Notes: generated by a model not told the origin, from the sequence alone. A DNA stretch of 64,000 nt from Armatimonadota bacterium (GCA_041690135.1 JAWLHY010000002.1:256001-320000), one strand, 5' to 3'. Numbered from the stretch's first letter, positions 10,216 through 21,009 are shown. Program-made: numbers and translations.

Positions 10216-11448
10216 ATGTTTAATGCTACCGAACCGGCTTCCCCCGGGTTGGTGCCGCTCCAGTCCCTGCTTCCCGCGCCCGCGTCCCCCCTCGACGGGG
10301 AGAGCGCCGTTCGCGCTTCGGTCCGCACTTCCGCTACGGTCAAGAACCGCTCCGCCATCCGCAAGGTCCGCTACATCCGCAGCGTGGACCAGATCGAGAA
10401 GATCTCGGAAGCCGATCGCGAGCTGTTGCGCGAGGTGAGCAAGAAGTATGCCTTCCGCGCCAACGATTACTACCTCAGCCTGATCGACTGGTCCGATCCC
10501 CAGGACCCGATCCGTCAGCTCATCATCCCGCGCCGGGAGGAGCTGAGCGACTGGGGCCGCCTCGACGCGTCCAACGAGGCGGCCGTTACCGTGGCCCGGG
10601 GCGTGCAGCACAAGTACCCGCACACGGTCCTGCTGCTTTGCAACGAAACCTGCGGCGCCTACTGCCGGTACTGCTTCCGCAAGCGGCTCTTCATGAACGA
10701 CAACGAGGAGGTGTCGCTCGACGTCTCGGCGGGGATCCGCTACATCGCCGCGAACCCGCAGGTGACCAACGTTCTGCTCACCGGCGGGGACCCGCTCATT
10801 CTGGCGACCCGCCGCCTCACGGAGATTCTCCGGGCGCTGCGGGAAATTCCGCACGTTCAGATCATCCGGATCGGCACCAAGATGCCGGCGTTCAACCCGT
10901 GGCGGGTGCTGGACGATCCGGACCTGCTGAACGCGGTCGAGACTTACTCCACCACGGAGAAGCGGATCTACGTCATGGCGCACTTCGACCACCCGCGGGA
11001 GTTGACCGAGCCCGCGGTGGAGGGCATCGCCGCGCTCCTCCGGGCGGGCGCCATCTGCGTGAACCAGTGCCCGCTCATCCGCGGCGTGAACGACGATGCC
11101 GAAGTACTGGCCGCGATGTTCCGGAAGCTCTCCTTCATCGGCTGCCCGCAGTATTACCTGTTCCAGGGGCGGCCGACGGCGGGAAATGAGCCGTACGAAC
11201 TGCCGATCGCGCGGGGCTACGCGCTGTTCGAGGCGGCCAAGAAGCAGGTCTCCGGACTGGCGAAGCGGGCGCGTTACTGCATGTCTCACGAGAGCGGCAA
11301 GATCGAGATCGTCGGGATGGACGCCCGCCACTTCTACCTGCGTTACCACCGGGCGAAGAACCCGGCGGACGAAGGCCGGTTTATGGTCTTCCAGCGGGAC
11401 GACGAGGCGTACTGGCTCGACGATCTGAAGCCGGTGGAGGTGAACTGA
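10216..11448 (+). CDS. KamA-family radical SAM amino acid 2,3-aminomutase
   Basis: HKYPHTVLL, CGAYCRYCFRKR (CxxxCxxC), LLTGGDP, HFDHPRE, NQCPLIRGVND, VSGLA; RBS GAAAGGA. Confidence 0.9.
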   Translation: MFNATEPASPGLVPLQSLLPAPASPLDGESAVRASVRTSATVKNRSAIRKVRYIRSVDQIEKISEADRELLREVSKKYAFRANDYYLSLIDWSDPQDPIRQLIIPRREELSDWGRLDASNEAAVTVARGVQHKYPHTVLLLCNETCGAYCRYCFRKRLFMNDNEEVSLDVSAGIRYIAANPQVTNVLLTGGDPLILATRRLTEILRALREIPHVQIIRIGTKMPAFNPWRVLDDPDLLNAVETYSTTEKRIYVMAHFDHPRELTEPAVEGIAALLRAGAICVNQCPLIRGVNDDAEVLAAMFRKLSFIGCPQYYLFQGRPTAGNEPYELPIARGYALFEAAKKQVSGLAKRARYCMSHESGKIEIVGMDARHFYLRYHRAKNPADEGRFMVFQRDDEAYWLDDLKPVEVN

Positions 11449-11451
11449 CGC

Positions 11452-12651
11452 ATGCAGAGCCACGAGCGCATCTCGGCGAAGCTGGAGAAGTTCCGCCCCT
11501 CGCTCACCCTGGCGCTCAAACAACTGGTCGAGGACCGGAAGGCCGCGGGCCTTCCGGTCTACGACTTCGGGCTGGGCGAAACGAAGGGCGAGCTGGACGA
11601 CGATATCCGGGAGGCGGGCATCCGGGCCTTCCGGGACGGCGACACGATGTACGCCAACCCGGGCGGCATTCCCGAGCTGCGCGAAGCGATTCTGGAGTGG
11701 TTGGGGCTGCAAGGCCAGTACGACCCGGAGTGCGTGGTGGTGACGGCCGGGGCGAAGCAGAGCCTGTTCAACGTTTTCCTGGCGCTCTGCAACCCGGCGG
11801 ACGGGGTACTCTTCGATGCCGCCCCGTGGGTGAGTTACCAGCCCCTGGCGGTCGCCGCCTACGCGTTCCCCGTGATGGCGCTGCCGTTCTACTCCGAGTG
11901 GCTCAAGGTCACGCCGGAGGATCTGGAGCGCAACTTCAGCACCCGGCCGCTCAAGCTGTTTCTGCTGAACAACCCCTGTAACCCCACCGCCCAGCTTTAC
12001 GACGCGGACGAACTGGAAGCGCTGCTGAGGGTCTGCGTGAAACATCGGGTCTATTTCGTCCTCGACCGCCTCTACTGGCGGATCCTGTTCGACGGGCGCG
12101 AGTACCCCGAGCCGCGGATAGATGAAGAAACGAAACCGTGGCTGATCCAGGTAGACGGGCTCTCCAAGAACTGGCGGCGCACCGGCGGCCTGCGTGTCGG
12201 CTGGTCCGTGGCGCCGCCGGACGTGGCGCGGGCCATGACCAACCTCCAGAGCCACTATACGGCGGGTCCGGCGGTGCCCACCCAGTATGCCGCCCTGGCC
12301 GCCATCAGCGGGGAGTACAACGACAGCCTCGTGCGGGAGCTGGAGGCGAAGCGCAACCTGCTGCAGGAGCACGCGCAGGGACTCCCCGGCGTGCAGGTGT
12401 GGCCCACGCCGGCGACCTTCTACTCCTTCTGGAACGTGCGGTCGCTGGTCGGCTGCCGGACCCCGGATGGGGAGCTGCTGCGGACCTCCGATGACATCGC
12501 CTCCTATCTTTGCCGGAGTGAGGGGGTGGTGACCGCGAGTGGCGGGGCCTTCCTGCAGGACGGTTATCTCCGGCTGAGTTTCGCGACCAGCGACGAACAG
12601 ATCATCGGCGGCATGGAGGCGGCGCGGAAAGCGCTGGCGGCACTCACCTGA
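11452..12651 (+). CDS. PLP-dependent class I/II aminotransferase (AspC-like)
   Basis: GAKQSL, NNPCNPT, DGLSKNWRRTGGLRVGW (PLP lysine), YLRLSFA. Confidence 0.9.
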   Translation: MQSHERISAKLEKFRPSLTLALKQLVEDRKAAGLPVYDFGLGETKGELDDDIREAGIRAFRDGDTMYANPGGIPELREAILEWLGLQGQYDPECVVVTAGAKQSLFNVFLALCNPADGVLFDAAPWVSYQPLAVAAYAFPVMALPFYSEWLKVTPEDLERNFSTRPLKLFLLNNPCNPTAQLYDADELEALLRVCVKHRVYFVLDRLYWRILFDGREYPEPRIDEETKPWLIQVDGLSKNWRRTGGLRVGWSVAPPDVARAMTNLQSHYTAGPAVPTQYAALAAISGEYNDSLVRELEAKRNLLQEHAQGLPGVQVWPTPATFYSFWNVRSLVGCRTPDGELLRTSDDIASYLCRSEGVVTASGGAFLQDGYLRLSFATSDEQIIGGMEAARKALAALT

Positions 12652-13910
12652 TGAACACACGCAGTAGTCATCGCCTGCTAATCGGCATCGTGGCCGCCAT
12701 TGCGCTGGCCTTCCTGGGGATCACCCTGTTCGGCCCGCGGATGGCCGCCTTCGCCTGGATGGGGACCCTTTTCCTGAAGGCCCTGAAGATGCTGATCATC
12801 CCACTCGTGGTGTCTTCGATGGTGGTCGGTATCACCTCGCTTGGCGACGTCCGCCGCCTCGGGCGGGTGGGGCTGTTGACGCTGGGGTACTACACGGCGA
12901 CCACGGGAATCGCGGTGGGTCTTGGCATCCTGTTCGTGAACCTGATCCGCCCGGGGGCCGGCATGCCGCTGGATAACCTGGTGGTTCCGGAGCGGGTTGA
13001 GGGCAAGGAGGTGTTGGGCGCGCAGGACCTGATCCTCTCCTTCGTGTCGGACAACATCGTGAAGTCGATGGCGGAGATGGACGTCCTGCCGGTAATCGTC
13101 TTTTCGCTCCTCCTCGGCGGCATCCTGACGACGATGGAAGAGCGCGGGCGGCCGGTCATCGCCTTTTTCGAGGCCCTGAACGAGGCGGTGATGAAGATGG
13201 TCCACTTGCTGATGTACCTGGTGCCGTTCGGGGTGTTCGGGCTGGTGGCGGGGCGCTTCGCGGACACCGGGGATCTCCTGCGGGCCGCGACCGCACTGGG
13301 GAAATACATGGGCACCGTCCTCGCGGGGCTGGCGGTCCATGGCCTGGTGGTCCTCCCGCTCCTTCTGTGGCTTTTTGGTCGCCGGAGCCCGCTGCGCTAC
13401 CTGGGGAACATGGGCGCGGCTCTGCTGACCGCGTTCTCCACCGCTTCCTCTTCGGCTACCCTCCCGCTGACGATCCAGTGCGCGGAGGAGAAGAACGGGG
13501 TGTCGAAGCGGTCCGCCTACTTCGTGCTGCCGCTGGGCGCGACCGTGAATATGGACGGGACTGCCCTTTACGAGGCGGTCGCCGCCATCTTCATCGCGCA
13601 GGCGGTCGGCATGACGCTGGGGATGGAGCAGCAGGTGATCATCTTCCTCACTGCCACGCTCGCGGCCATCGGCGCGGCGGGCATACCCGAGGCCGGCCTG
13701 GTGACGATGGTGATTGTACTACGGGCCGTCGGCCTCCCGCTGGAGGGGATCGGCCTGATCCTGGCCGTGGACTGGCTGCTCGATCGCTTCCGCACCACCA
13801 TCAACGTTTGGGGCGATGCGGTCGGGGCCGCAATCGTGGACCGGGTAGCAACGGACGGCAAATGGATGCCGGCGGCCGCCCCGGAAGTGAAACCGGTGCA
13901 CTCCGGGTAG
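12651..13910 (+). CDS. dicarboxylate/amino acid:cation symporter (DAACS, GltP-like)
   Basis: AFSTASSSATLP, GATVNMDGT, AAGIP, DRFRT motifs; many transmembrane helices; TGATG coupling to the upstream gene. Confidence 0.95.
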   Translation: MNTRSSHRLLIGIVAAIALAFLGITLFGPRMAAFAWMGTLFLKALKMLIIPLVVSSMVVGITSLGDVRRLGRVGLLTLGYYTATTGIAVGLGILFVNLIRPGAGMPLDNLVVPERVEGKEVLGAQDLILSFVSDNIVKSMAEMDVLPVIVFSLLLGGILTTMEERGRPVIAFFEALNEAVMKMVHLLMYLVPFGVFGLVAGRFADTGDLLRAATALGKYMGTVLAGLAVHGLVVLPLLLWLFGRRSPLRYLGNMGAALLTAFSTASSSATLPLTIQCAEEKNGVSKRSAYFVLPLGATVNMDGTALYEAVAAIFIAQAVGMTLGMEQQVIIFLTATLAAIGAAGIPEAGLVTMVIVLRAVGLPLEGIGLILAVDWLLDRFRTTINVWGDAVGAAIVDRVATDGKWMPAAAPEVKPVHSG

Positions 13911-14005
13911 TGCCTACCGCATAGGAGCTTACAAGACCTATTTTCTATCCCATGGCGCAGCGGCCAATTGGGGCCGTATTCGCCGCATTTGAAAGGAGCA
14001 GACCC

Positions 14006-14566
14006 ATAGCACGCTTCAAGAGAAGCTATCAGAGACTCCCCCAGGACCTGGGGCCGCGCAGAAACTACCGCATCCGCATTCCCGCGGTGCGCGTGATCGA
14101 CGCCGAGGGCAACCAGCTCGGCGTAATGGAGACCCGGGAAGCGCTCCAACTGGCGCAGCAGGCCGGGCTCGACCTGGTGGAAGTGGCTCCCCAAGCCCAG
14201 CCGCCCGTGTGTCGCATCCTCGACTACGGCAAACACACCTACGAGCAGGCGAAGCGCCAGCGGGAGGCGCGCCGCCAGCAGCAGGAGAGCGGCACGGTCC
14301 GCAGCGGCGGCATCAAAGGGGTCCGGATCCGCTTTGGCACGGATAGCGGAGACCTGGATTACCGCGTCAAAGACGCCCGGCGTTTCCTGGAAGAGGGCAA
14401 CAAGGTGGAGGTGACCCTCCTCTTCCGCGGGAGGGAGCGCACCCATCCCGAAATCGCGGAAGCCCAGTTGAGCCGCATCTCCGAGGCGCTGGTCGACATC
14501 GCCATGGTGGAGCAGACGCCTCGCGTTGACGGTCGCCGCATGACCATGCTCCTCGCACCGCGCTAG
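14006..14566 (+). CDS. infC: translation initiation factor IF-3 (non-canonical ATA start)
   Basis: VRVID...GLDLVEVAP...PPVCRILDYGK, FRGRE; RBS GAAAGGAG precedes an in-frame ATA at 14006. Confidence 0.93.
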   Translation: MARFKRSYQRLPQDLGPRRNYRIRIPAVRVIDAEGNQLGVMETREALQLAQQAGLDLVEVAPQAQPPVCRILDYGKHTYEQAKRQREARRQQQESGTVRSGGIKGVRIRFGTDSGDLDYRVKDARRFLEEGNKVEVTLLFRGRERTHPEIAEAQLSRISEALVDIAMVEQTPRVDGRRMTMLLAPR

Positions 14567-17370
14567 GGACTTACCCGTAGGACGACGATGGCGATGTCGT
14601 CCGCGGGATGGCCGTGCTGGAACTCCAGCACGGCCCGCTCGATGCGCCGGACGATTTCCTGGGCATCGCAGCCGGCGCACTCACGGACGAGGGCCTCCAG
14701 GCGCTCCTCGCCAAAGAGTTTGCCGCCGGTCCGCGCTTCGGTGACCCCGTCCGTATAGAAGATCACTGCGTCCCCAGCGGACAACTCCACGGCCCGGTCC
14801 TTCAGCTCGATTGCCGGCTGGAGACCCAGCATGAAACCCGGTTGATCCAGCCGCTCGAACGATCCGTTGCGCCGGAGGACCAGGGGGGGAAGATGTCCGG
14901 CCGAGGAGAACCGCAGCCGGGCCTTCCTTTGCAGCGGCGTGAACCGCGCGCAGAGGGCTGTGGAGTAGTATTCGCCGGCAATCTGGTCCATGATCATCGC
15001 ATTTGCTTGGGCGAGGATCTGGGCCGGCCACCGTAAACGCACTGCCAGGGCGCGTATCGTGTGCCGGATCAGGGACGTGATGGTGGCGGCCGAGGGACCC
15101 TTTCCGGTAACGTCCCCGATGACGACGGTCCAACTCCCGCCGGGAGTCTCGAACAGGTCGTAGAAGTCGCCCCCCACCTCGATCCCTTCTCCCGCCGCGC
15201 GGTAGGCGGCGGCGACCTCCAGGCCGGGGATCTGGGGAAGCGTGGGCGGGAGCAGGTTCTGCTGCAGGGTACGGGCGATCTCCTGTTGGACCCGGTACAG
15301 ACGCGCGTTGTCGAGCGCCAGGGCCGCCGTCCGGGCCAGTTCCTCGGCGACCTCCAGGTCGTCCCGGCTGAAGGGACGCTCCGGGGTCGTGCGGACGAAG
15401 GTGATCGCGCCCAGCACCCGATCGCGCGCCATCAACGGGGCGCACATCAGGGCCTGCGGGTGCAACTCTTGCAGCATCAGCAGTTCGGCCGGGTAACGCG
15501 CCTGGAGAATGGAGGCCAGGCGCGCGGGATCGGCAAAGAGCGCGGGCCGTCCGGAGGGAGCCTCGCCTGCCATATCGATCAGGCCACGGTGCTCCGTGGG
15601 GTAGTGGACTTCCTCCACTGCCACGACTCCCGATTCGGCGTCGGCCAGCCGAGCACAGAGGCGGCGGATGGAATGATCCGGCTCCAGCACGTCGACGACA
15701 CAGTGGTCACCCAGTAGAGGGACGGCCAGGCGGGCCATCCTCTCGACCGTGCTCCGGTAATCGAGCGACGAGGAGAGCACCCGGCCGGTCCTCAGGAGAA
15801 ACAGCAGGCGATCCCGCGCCGCCGCCATCTCCTCCCGGGCCGCACGTTCCCGTTCCAACAGGGCGGCATTCTCCGCCTCTCGCCGTTTTCGCTCGGTGAT
15901 GTCGCGCGCGATGCCGAAGATGCCGGTGACTCGTCCCTCGATCTGGATCGGTACGGTGGTGACCTCTAGCTCGACCCGTTGCCCGGAAGCATTGATGATC
16001 GCCGCATCCCGAGACACAGTCGCCCCGTTCAAGGTGAGCAGGAACCCTTCTTCAGCCAGGTCCAGGCGATCGGGTGGAACCAGCTCCGAAAAGAAGCGCC
16101 CGAGCAGCTCCTCTCGGCAAAAACCCGAGATCCGTTCGCCAGCCGGATTGCAGTCCACCAGCCGGCCCTCGGGATCCAGGGTGAATACGGCGTCGGTGTT
16201 CAGGTCGATCAGGCAGCGGAGCCGTTGCTCGTTTTCCTGAATCTGCTGTTCCCAGCGCTTCCGGTCGGTAATATCGGTGACGACGGCGCAGGCCGCGGCG
16301 AGCTTCCCGCTCTCATCCAGGACCGGGCGCGCGGAAAGGATGCCCCACCCTTCCGAACCGTCGGGGCGATGAAAGCGGAAATCGCGGTGATCGCCATCGC
16401 CTCGACGCAAATGCTCCAGCAGGCCTTCGAGCTCCGCGCGGTCCTCGGTCGGGAGCAACTCCAGTACCGGACGGCCCAGTATCTCTTCGCGGGCCCAGCC
16501 GAGCATCTGGGCGAGCCTGGGGTTGAGATAATCGCTGCGGCCCTCCGCGTCCAGGCTCCAGAGGCCCTCCTGCGCCAGTTCCGCGATGCGGCGGAACCGC
16601 TCCTCGCTGGCGCGCAGCGCCTCCTCGGAACGTTTACGAGGCGTGATCTCCAGCGAGATACCCAGGACGCGTCCGCCACCCGGTCTCCCGGTCGGCTGAA
16701 TCTGCAGCAGATCCCACCACCACTGGATCTCCCCCTCGGGCAGGTGAACAGGATACTCGATGTGTCGCCACCGGTCGTGACCGTTGGCCGCCGGCCGTAT
16801 TGCGGTGAGGAGGCGCGGTCGGTCTTCCTCGGGAATGCCGTGGAAAAACGGGTGCGGTTGCCGGAAGCAGCGGCGGGCAGTACCGAAAATCCGGTCGGCT
16901 AGGGGACAGGACTGGTGGACCATGCTGGCGGCGCGCCCCCCTTCCCAGAGGACGAGGCTAGGCGCATTCTCCGGAATGCCGGGTGCCGGTGCCTGGGCCG
17001 GAGAAGGATCGGGGTCCCGCAGGGCGCGCAGCGCGGCCTCACGGGTGGTAAACAGGGGCAGGCCTTGTTCCCAGCGGAGGAGCTCCAACGGACGGCAGAC
17101 CCAGCGGTTGCCGCCGGTAACCACCCCCCATGGCACGCCCTCCGCCGTCGCCTCGTGGTGGAGCCGGAGGAGGAGCCGGGCACCGCGACCATCGAGGAAC
17201 GTGATGCGGCTCAAATCGACCAGCACCACCGGCGGTCGCGACTCGAGCACCGTCCTCCAGCGGGAATGTACCTGTGACACCCGGCTGAGATCGAGATCTC
17301 CGATCAACACCAACCCGACGTAGCCAACCGCGCGCACCACGTCCAGATGGAACACATCGCCCTCCCGCAT
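14563..17370 (-). CDS. STAS-PAS-PAS-GAF-SpoIIE (RsbU-like PP2C) phosphatase
   Basis: N-terminal STAS, PAS/PAC repeats (DITERKR), GAF (ALALDNARLY), VGGDFYD, GDVTGKG, YTDGVTE, DDIA. Start uncertain. Confidence 0.9.
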   Translation of the reverse strand: MREGDVFHLDVVRAVGYVGLVLIGDLDLSRVSQVHSRWRTVLESRPPVVLVDLSRITFLDGRGARLLLRLHHEATAEGVPWGVVTGGNRWVCRPLELLRWEQGLPLFTTREAALRALRDPDPSPAQAPAPGIPENAPSLVLWEGGRAASMVHQSCPLADRIFGTARRCFRQPHPFFHGIPEEDRPRLLTAIRPAANGHDRWRHIEYPVHLPEGEIQWWWDLLQIQPTGRPGGGRVLGISLEITPRKRSEEALRASEERFRRIAELAQEGLWSLDAEGRSDYLNPRLAQMLGWAREEILGRPVLELLPTEDRAELEGLLEHLRRGDGDHRDFRFHRPDGSEGWGILSARPVLDESGKLAAACAVVTDITDRKRWEQQIQENEQRLRCLIDLNTDAVFTLDPEGRLVDCNPAGERISGFCREELLGRFFSELVPPDRLDLAEEGFLLTLNGATVSRDAAIINASGQRVELEVTTVPIQIEGRVTGIFGIARDITERKRREAENAALLERERAAREEMAAARDRLLFLLRTGRVLSSSLDYRSTVERMARLAVPLLGDHCVVDVLEPDHSIRRLCARLADAESGVVAVEEVHYPTEHRGLIDMAGEAPSGRPALFADPARLASILQARYPAELLMLQELHPQALMCAPLMARDRVLGAITFVRTTPERPFSRDDLEVAEELARTAALALDNARLYRVQQEIARTLQQNLLPPTLPQIPGLEVAAAYRAAGEGIEVGGDFYDLFETPGGSWTVVIGDVTGKGPSAATITSLIRHTIRALAVRLRWPAQILAQANAMIMDQIAGEYYSTALCARFTPLQRKARLRFSSAGHLPPLVLRRNGSFERLDQPGFMLGLQPAIELKDRAVELSAGDAVIFYTDGVTEARTGGKLFGEERLEALVRECAGCDAQEIVRRIERAVLEFQHGHPADDIAIVVLRVSP

Positions 17371-17906
17371 ACCCTGGAGCAACAGCCGCCAACTCCCCGA
17401 GGCCGGAGCCAAGCGGGGTTTTGCACGAAATGCGCCGCACTTCCCCTCCGGAACTTCCGGAACACAGGGTCGATCCTTCCGCACCTCGTGGTGTGCGGAG
17501 AGATCTGTCGGCCATGTTCGATTTCGTGTGGATCCAAACCGGGAGCCGGGTCCCGGAAGTTGGTGCCGCGCACTGTGGCGCGGCTAGCCGTCGTTGCGGC
17601 CTTGTTGTTGTCCGTCGCGGGGTGGTGTTGATTTGGGTGCTCTTGCCTCCTGCCGCTCACGGCAAGACGGCAACAGCCCCTTGGTTGGTCAGACGCGGAC
17701 TATACCCTGAATGGGTCGCAGGCGCCCGACATGTTAAGACTACAATATGTAAGAGGGAACGTCCATCTTAGCTCCATTCTGAGTTCGGGCTTCCCTGCAT
17801 GTACAGTAACTGGCCGTTCAATCCGGGCGGGGTGAGCGGTAACTATAGAGTTACCCACGCCCGATGCGGATAAACTCGGGAGTCGCGGAGATTCCGGCGA
17901 GGGAAC

Positions 17907-20705
17907 TCAGGTGTTGAACCGGAGGGCCACCACCGCCAGATCGTCGGCCGGTTGACCGTGCTGGAACTCCACAACCACTCGCCGGATGCGGTCGACGATC
18001 TCGGCCGCGGAACATCCGGCGCATTCGCGCACGAGTTCCGCCAGCCGTTCCTCGCCGAATAACCGTCCGGCGATCCGGGCCTCCGTGACCCCGTCCGTGT
18101 AAAGAACCAGCGTATCCCCAGGCTCTAATTCCAGCCGCCGCTCCGAAAGCGTGATTTCCGGAAGGCCTCCCAGGAGTATCCCTTCGAGATCGATCCGTTC
18201 TACCCGGCCATCGTGCCGGAGGACCAAGGGAGGCACGTGACCCGCAGAGGCCAGCCGGAGCCGAGCGCGCCCCCCCATGGAGCGGAACTGTACGAACAGG
18301 GCGGTGCTGAAGCATTCATCCGTAACCTGGTCCTGGATGGCCACGTTCGTCCGCTCCAGGATTCGGTGCGGACGTCGGGCGTGCATCGCCACGGCCCGCA
18401 GCGTGTGACGAAGCAGGGAAGTAGTGGAAGCGGCCCGGGGTCCCTTACCGGTAACGTCGCCGATGACCACGGCCCATGCACCACCCGGCATTTCGAAGAG
18501 GTCGTAAAAGTCGCCGCCGACCTCCGTGCCCAGGCTCACCGCTTGATAAGACGCCGCCACTTCGAACCCTGCGATTTCCGGCAGGCGTGGTGGGAGCAGG
18601 CTCTCCTGAAGCGTGCGGCAGATCTCGCGCTGGGCGGTGAAGAGACGTGCGTTCGTCAATGCCAGGGAGACGCTGCGGGCCAGTTCTTCGCCCAGCGCAC
18701 GGTCTTCGGCCGAGAAGGGCCGGTCCGGTCCCGTGCGGACCAGGGTTAAGGCCCCGAACACCTCACTGCCGGCGGCCAGCGGGAGGCAAAGCAGTGCACT
18801 CGGCAATGGTTCCCCGTTGCAGCCCGCCTCATCCGCAACAGAGAGACCTTCCGCTCCGGAAGGGGCGTATTCGGCGATGGCCTGTCCCGTCCGCAGGACT
18901 TCTTCCAGAGGTCCGGGAGGACGAGCATCGGGGGGGAAGGGCCATCGGGTATGAAGGGCTGCGGCAAGGGTGCTTCCGGTCGGAGCGACAGACCATCGGC
19001 GAAAGCAGCCGTCGGTATCCCACCCGTCGATGACGCAGTAATCCGCCAGTTTCGGAACCGGCAATTGCGAAGCGTGTTGCGCGGCGCTCTCGAAGTCGAG
19101 CGTTAGAGACAACATCCGGCTGCACTGTGTGAGGAAATGGAGCCGTTGCTCTGCCGCCTCCGCGAGGCGGCGTGCTTCGTGCTCGCGGGCCAGCAACACC
19201 CGGCACTCCACCTCCGCGCGTTTGCGGGCGGTGACGTCCCTGGCAACGCCGAAGATGCCGGTGACTTGCCCCTCCACGATGGCGGGGACGGTGGTGATTT
19301 CGAGCTGGATGGGGAAGCCGCGTGCGTGGAGGATCGCGATCTCTCCCGGCGCCGATCTCCCGTTCAACGCCGCTTCCAGCAAGTGGAAGCCCTCCGCCCT
19401 CTCCTCCGGGCTTAGCAGTTCCGCGAAGTGCTTGCCCAGCAGGTCCTCCCGACGGTAGCCGGAGAGCTGCTCCGTGGCCCGGTTGCATTCGACCAGGCAA
19501 CCCTGCAGGTCGAGCTGGAACACGGCATCGCCGTTGTATTCCACCAGCGAGCGCAGCAGTTGCTCGCGACCCCGGATTCGCTCCTCTTCGGCTTTGCGAT
19601 CGGTGACATCGATAGCCACCACGCAGGCACGGGTGATTCTCCCAGTGTCATCGGTCAAAGGACGCGTGTCCACGCTACTCCAGCGAGGAGGGCCGTAGGA
19701 ACTCCGGAACCGCAAATCGTAGTGAGCGCCCTCTCCATGCCGGAGAGCCCGCAGAAGCTCCCTGACTGCCGGATGGTCCTCCGGATCGACCAGGTCCAGG
19801 AGCGAACGGCCGATGATCTCCTCGCACGGCAATCCCAGCATCTGACTCATCCGGCGGTTGGCGTACTCGCATCGACCGTGGGTGTCCATACTCCAGACCG
19901 CCTCCTGTGCCAGGTCCACCAGCGTGCGGAAGTGCTGCTCGCCCACGCGCAGTCGCTCTTCCTGGGCCTTGCGCTCGCTGACCTCATAGGTGAAGACCCG
20001 CAGAGAAGTACGCCGGCGGCCGCGAGGGGGCGAGAGATAGAGATCACACAGCCAAACGGTGCTCCCGCTCGGATCCGTTACGCGATACTCCAGACCGTCT
20101 CGTGGATGCGGCCGCCGCTGCGGATCGCACGCCGCGAGTACCCTGGCCCGGTCCTCCTCCAGGATGCAAGTGAGGAGTGGGTGGGGTGCGTCGAACCGAG
20201 AGCCCGCAGTGGACCCCAGCAGGGAATCGACCAGCGACGAACGCTTCCCGAGTCGAGAACGCCGGCCGTCGGTCCGCCAGACAAAGAGGCCCTGTGCGGA
20301 AAAGTCTTGTGGGGTGGAAGCGGCCAGGACCGACATAGAGAGTGATTCCGCCGGGCTCCAGCGCCCCGGGAGGGAATTGAGGGCCGCGGTGCGACTGGTG
20401 TAGAGGGGTAGCCCGTCGATCCAGCGAAGTAACGTGAGCGGTCGCTCCACCCAACGGTTGCCTCCTGTGAGGATGGACAGCGGGATTGATTTCGAGACGG
20501 CCTCCCGGTAGCACTGTAGAAGAAAGCGTGCTCCCCGCCCGTCCAGAAAGGTGACCCGGCGCAGGTTAAGGAGAACCCCCATAGGCGGGTTGTTCAGGAC
20601 TTCATCCCAGTGGCCGCGGGCTTGGGGCTCGGTGCTTGCATCCAGATCCCCCGCGAAGATCACCTCGACGAGGCCCCGCAAGCGGGCTTTCTCCACCTCA
20701 AGCAT
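17907..20705 (-). CDS. STAS-PAS-PAS-GAF-SpoIIE phosphatase (tandem paralog)
   Basis: Same architecture and motifs as the 14563-17370 gene; RBS GAAGGGAAGGA. Confidence 0.9.
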   Translation of the reverse strand: MLEVEKARLRGLVEVIFAGDLDASTEPQARGHWDEVLNNPPMGVLLNLRRVTFLDGRGARFLLQCYREAVSKSIPLSILTGGNRWVERPLTLLRWIDGLPLYTSRTAALNSLPGRWSPAESLSMSVLAASTPQDFSAQGLFVWRTDGRRSRLGKRSSLVDSLLGSTAGSRFDAPHPLLTCILEEDRARVLAACDPQRRPHPRDGLEYRVTDPSGSTVWLCDLYLSPPRGRRRTSLRVFTYEVSERKAQEERLRVGEQHFRTLVDLAQEAVWSMDTHGRCEYANRRMSQMLGLPCEEIIGRSLLDLVDPEDHPAVRELLRALRHGEGAHYDLRFRSSYGPPRWSSVDTRPLTDDTGRITRACVVAIDVTDRKAEEERIRGREQLLRSLVEYNGDAVFQLDLQGCLVECNRATEQLSGYRREDLLGKHFAELLSPEERAEGFHLLEAALNGRSAPGEIAILHARGFPIQLEITTVPAIVEGQVTGIFGVARDVTARKRAEVECRVLLAREHEARRLAEAAEQRLHFLTQCSRMLSLTLDFESAAQHASQLPVPKLADYCVIDGWDTDGCFRRWSVAPTGSTLAAALHTRWPFPPDARPPGPLEEVLRTGQAIAEYAPSGAEGLSVADEAGCNGEPLPSALLCLPLAAGSEVFGALTLVRTGPDRPFSAEDRALGEELARSVSLALTNARLFTAQREICRTLQESLLPPRLPEIAGFEVAASYQAVSLGTEVGGDFYDLFEMPGGAWAVVIGDVTGKGPRAASTTSLLRHTLRAVAMHARRPHRILERTNVAIQDQVTDECFSTALFVQFRSMGGRARLRLASAGHVPPLVLRHDGRVERIDLEGILLGGLPEITLSERRLELEPGDTLVLYTDGVTEARIAGRLFGEERLAELVRECAGCSAAEIVDRIRRVVVEFQHGQPADDLAVVALRFNT

Positions 20706-21009
20706 GGTGAGAGTCCTTCCCTTCGGACCTGCTCAAAGACTAAGATTTGGTAAAGCTGAGATAAAGATGGCGTAAAGAAGACGCTCATCGGGTAAAACCA
20801 TCCGGCGTCCACCAGGCGGTCACGGGGTTGCTCGTTAGTGTGATGAGTAACTGTTCGGCCTGGAATCCTGTCGCAAGTGGAGTGTGCCTGGCAAAGGGAG
20901 TATGCGGAAACGAGGACGCCAGGGAACCTTTTGCCATCGTATCGGGTCGTGAAGAGTGAGCCCTCTGTAACAGGGATGGCTCGCTGGAAAGGGGAGCACA
21001 CTCCTACCA

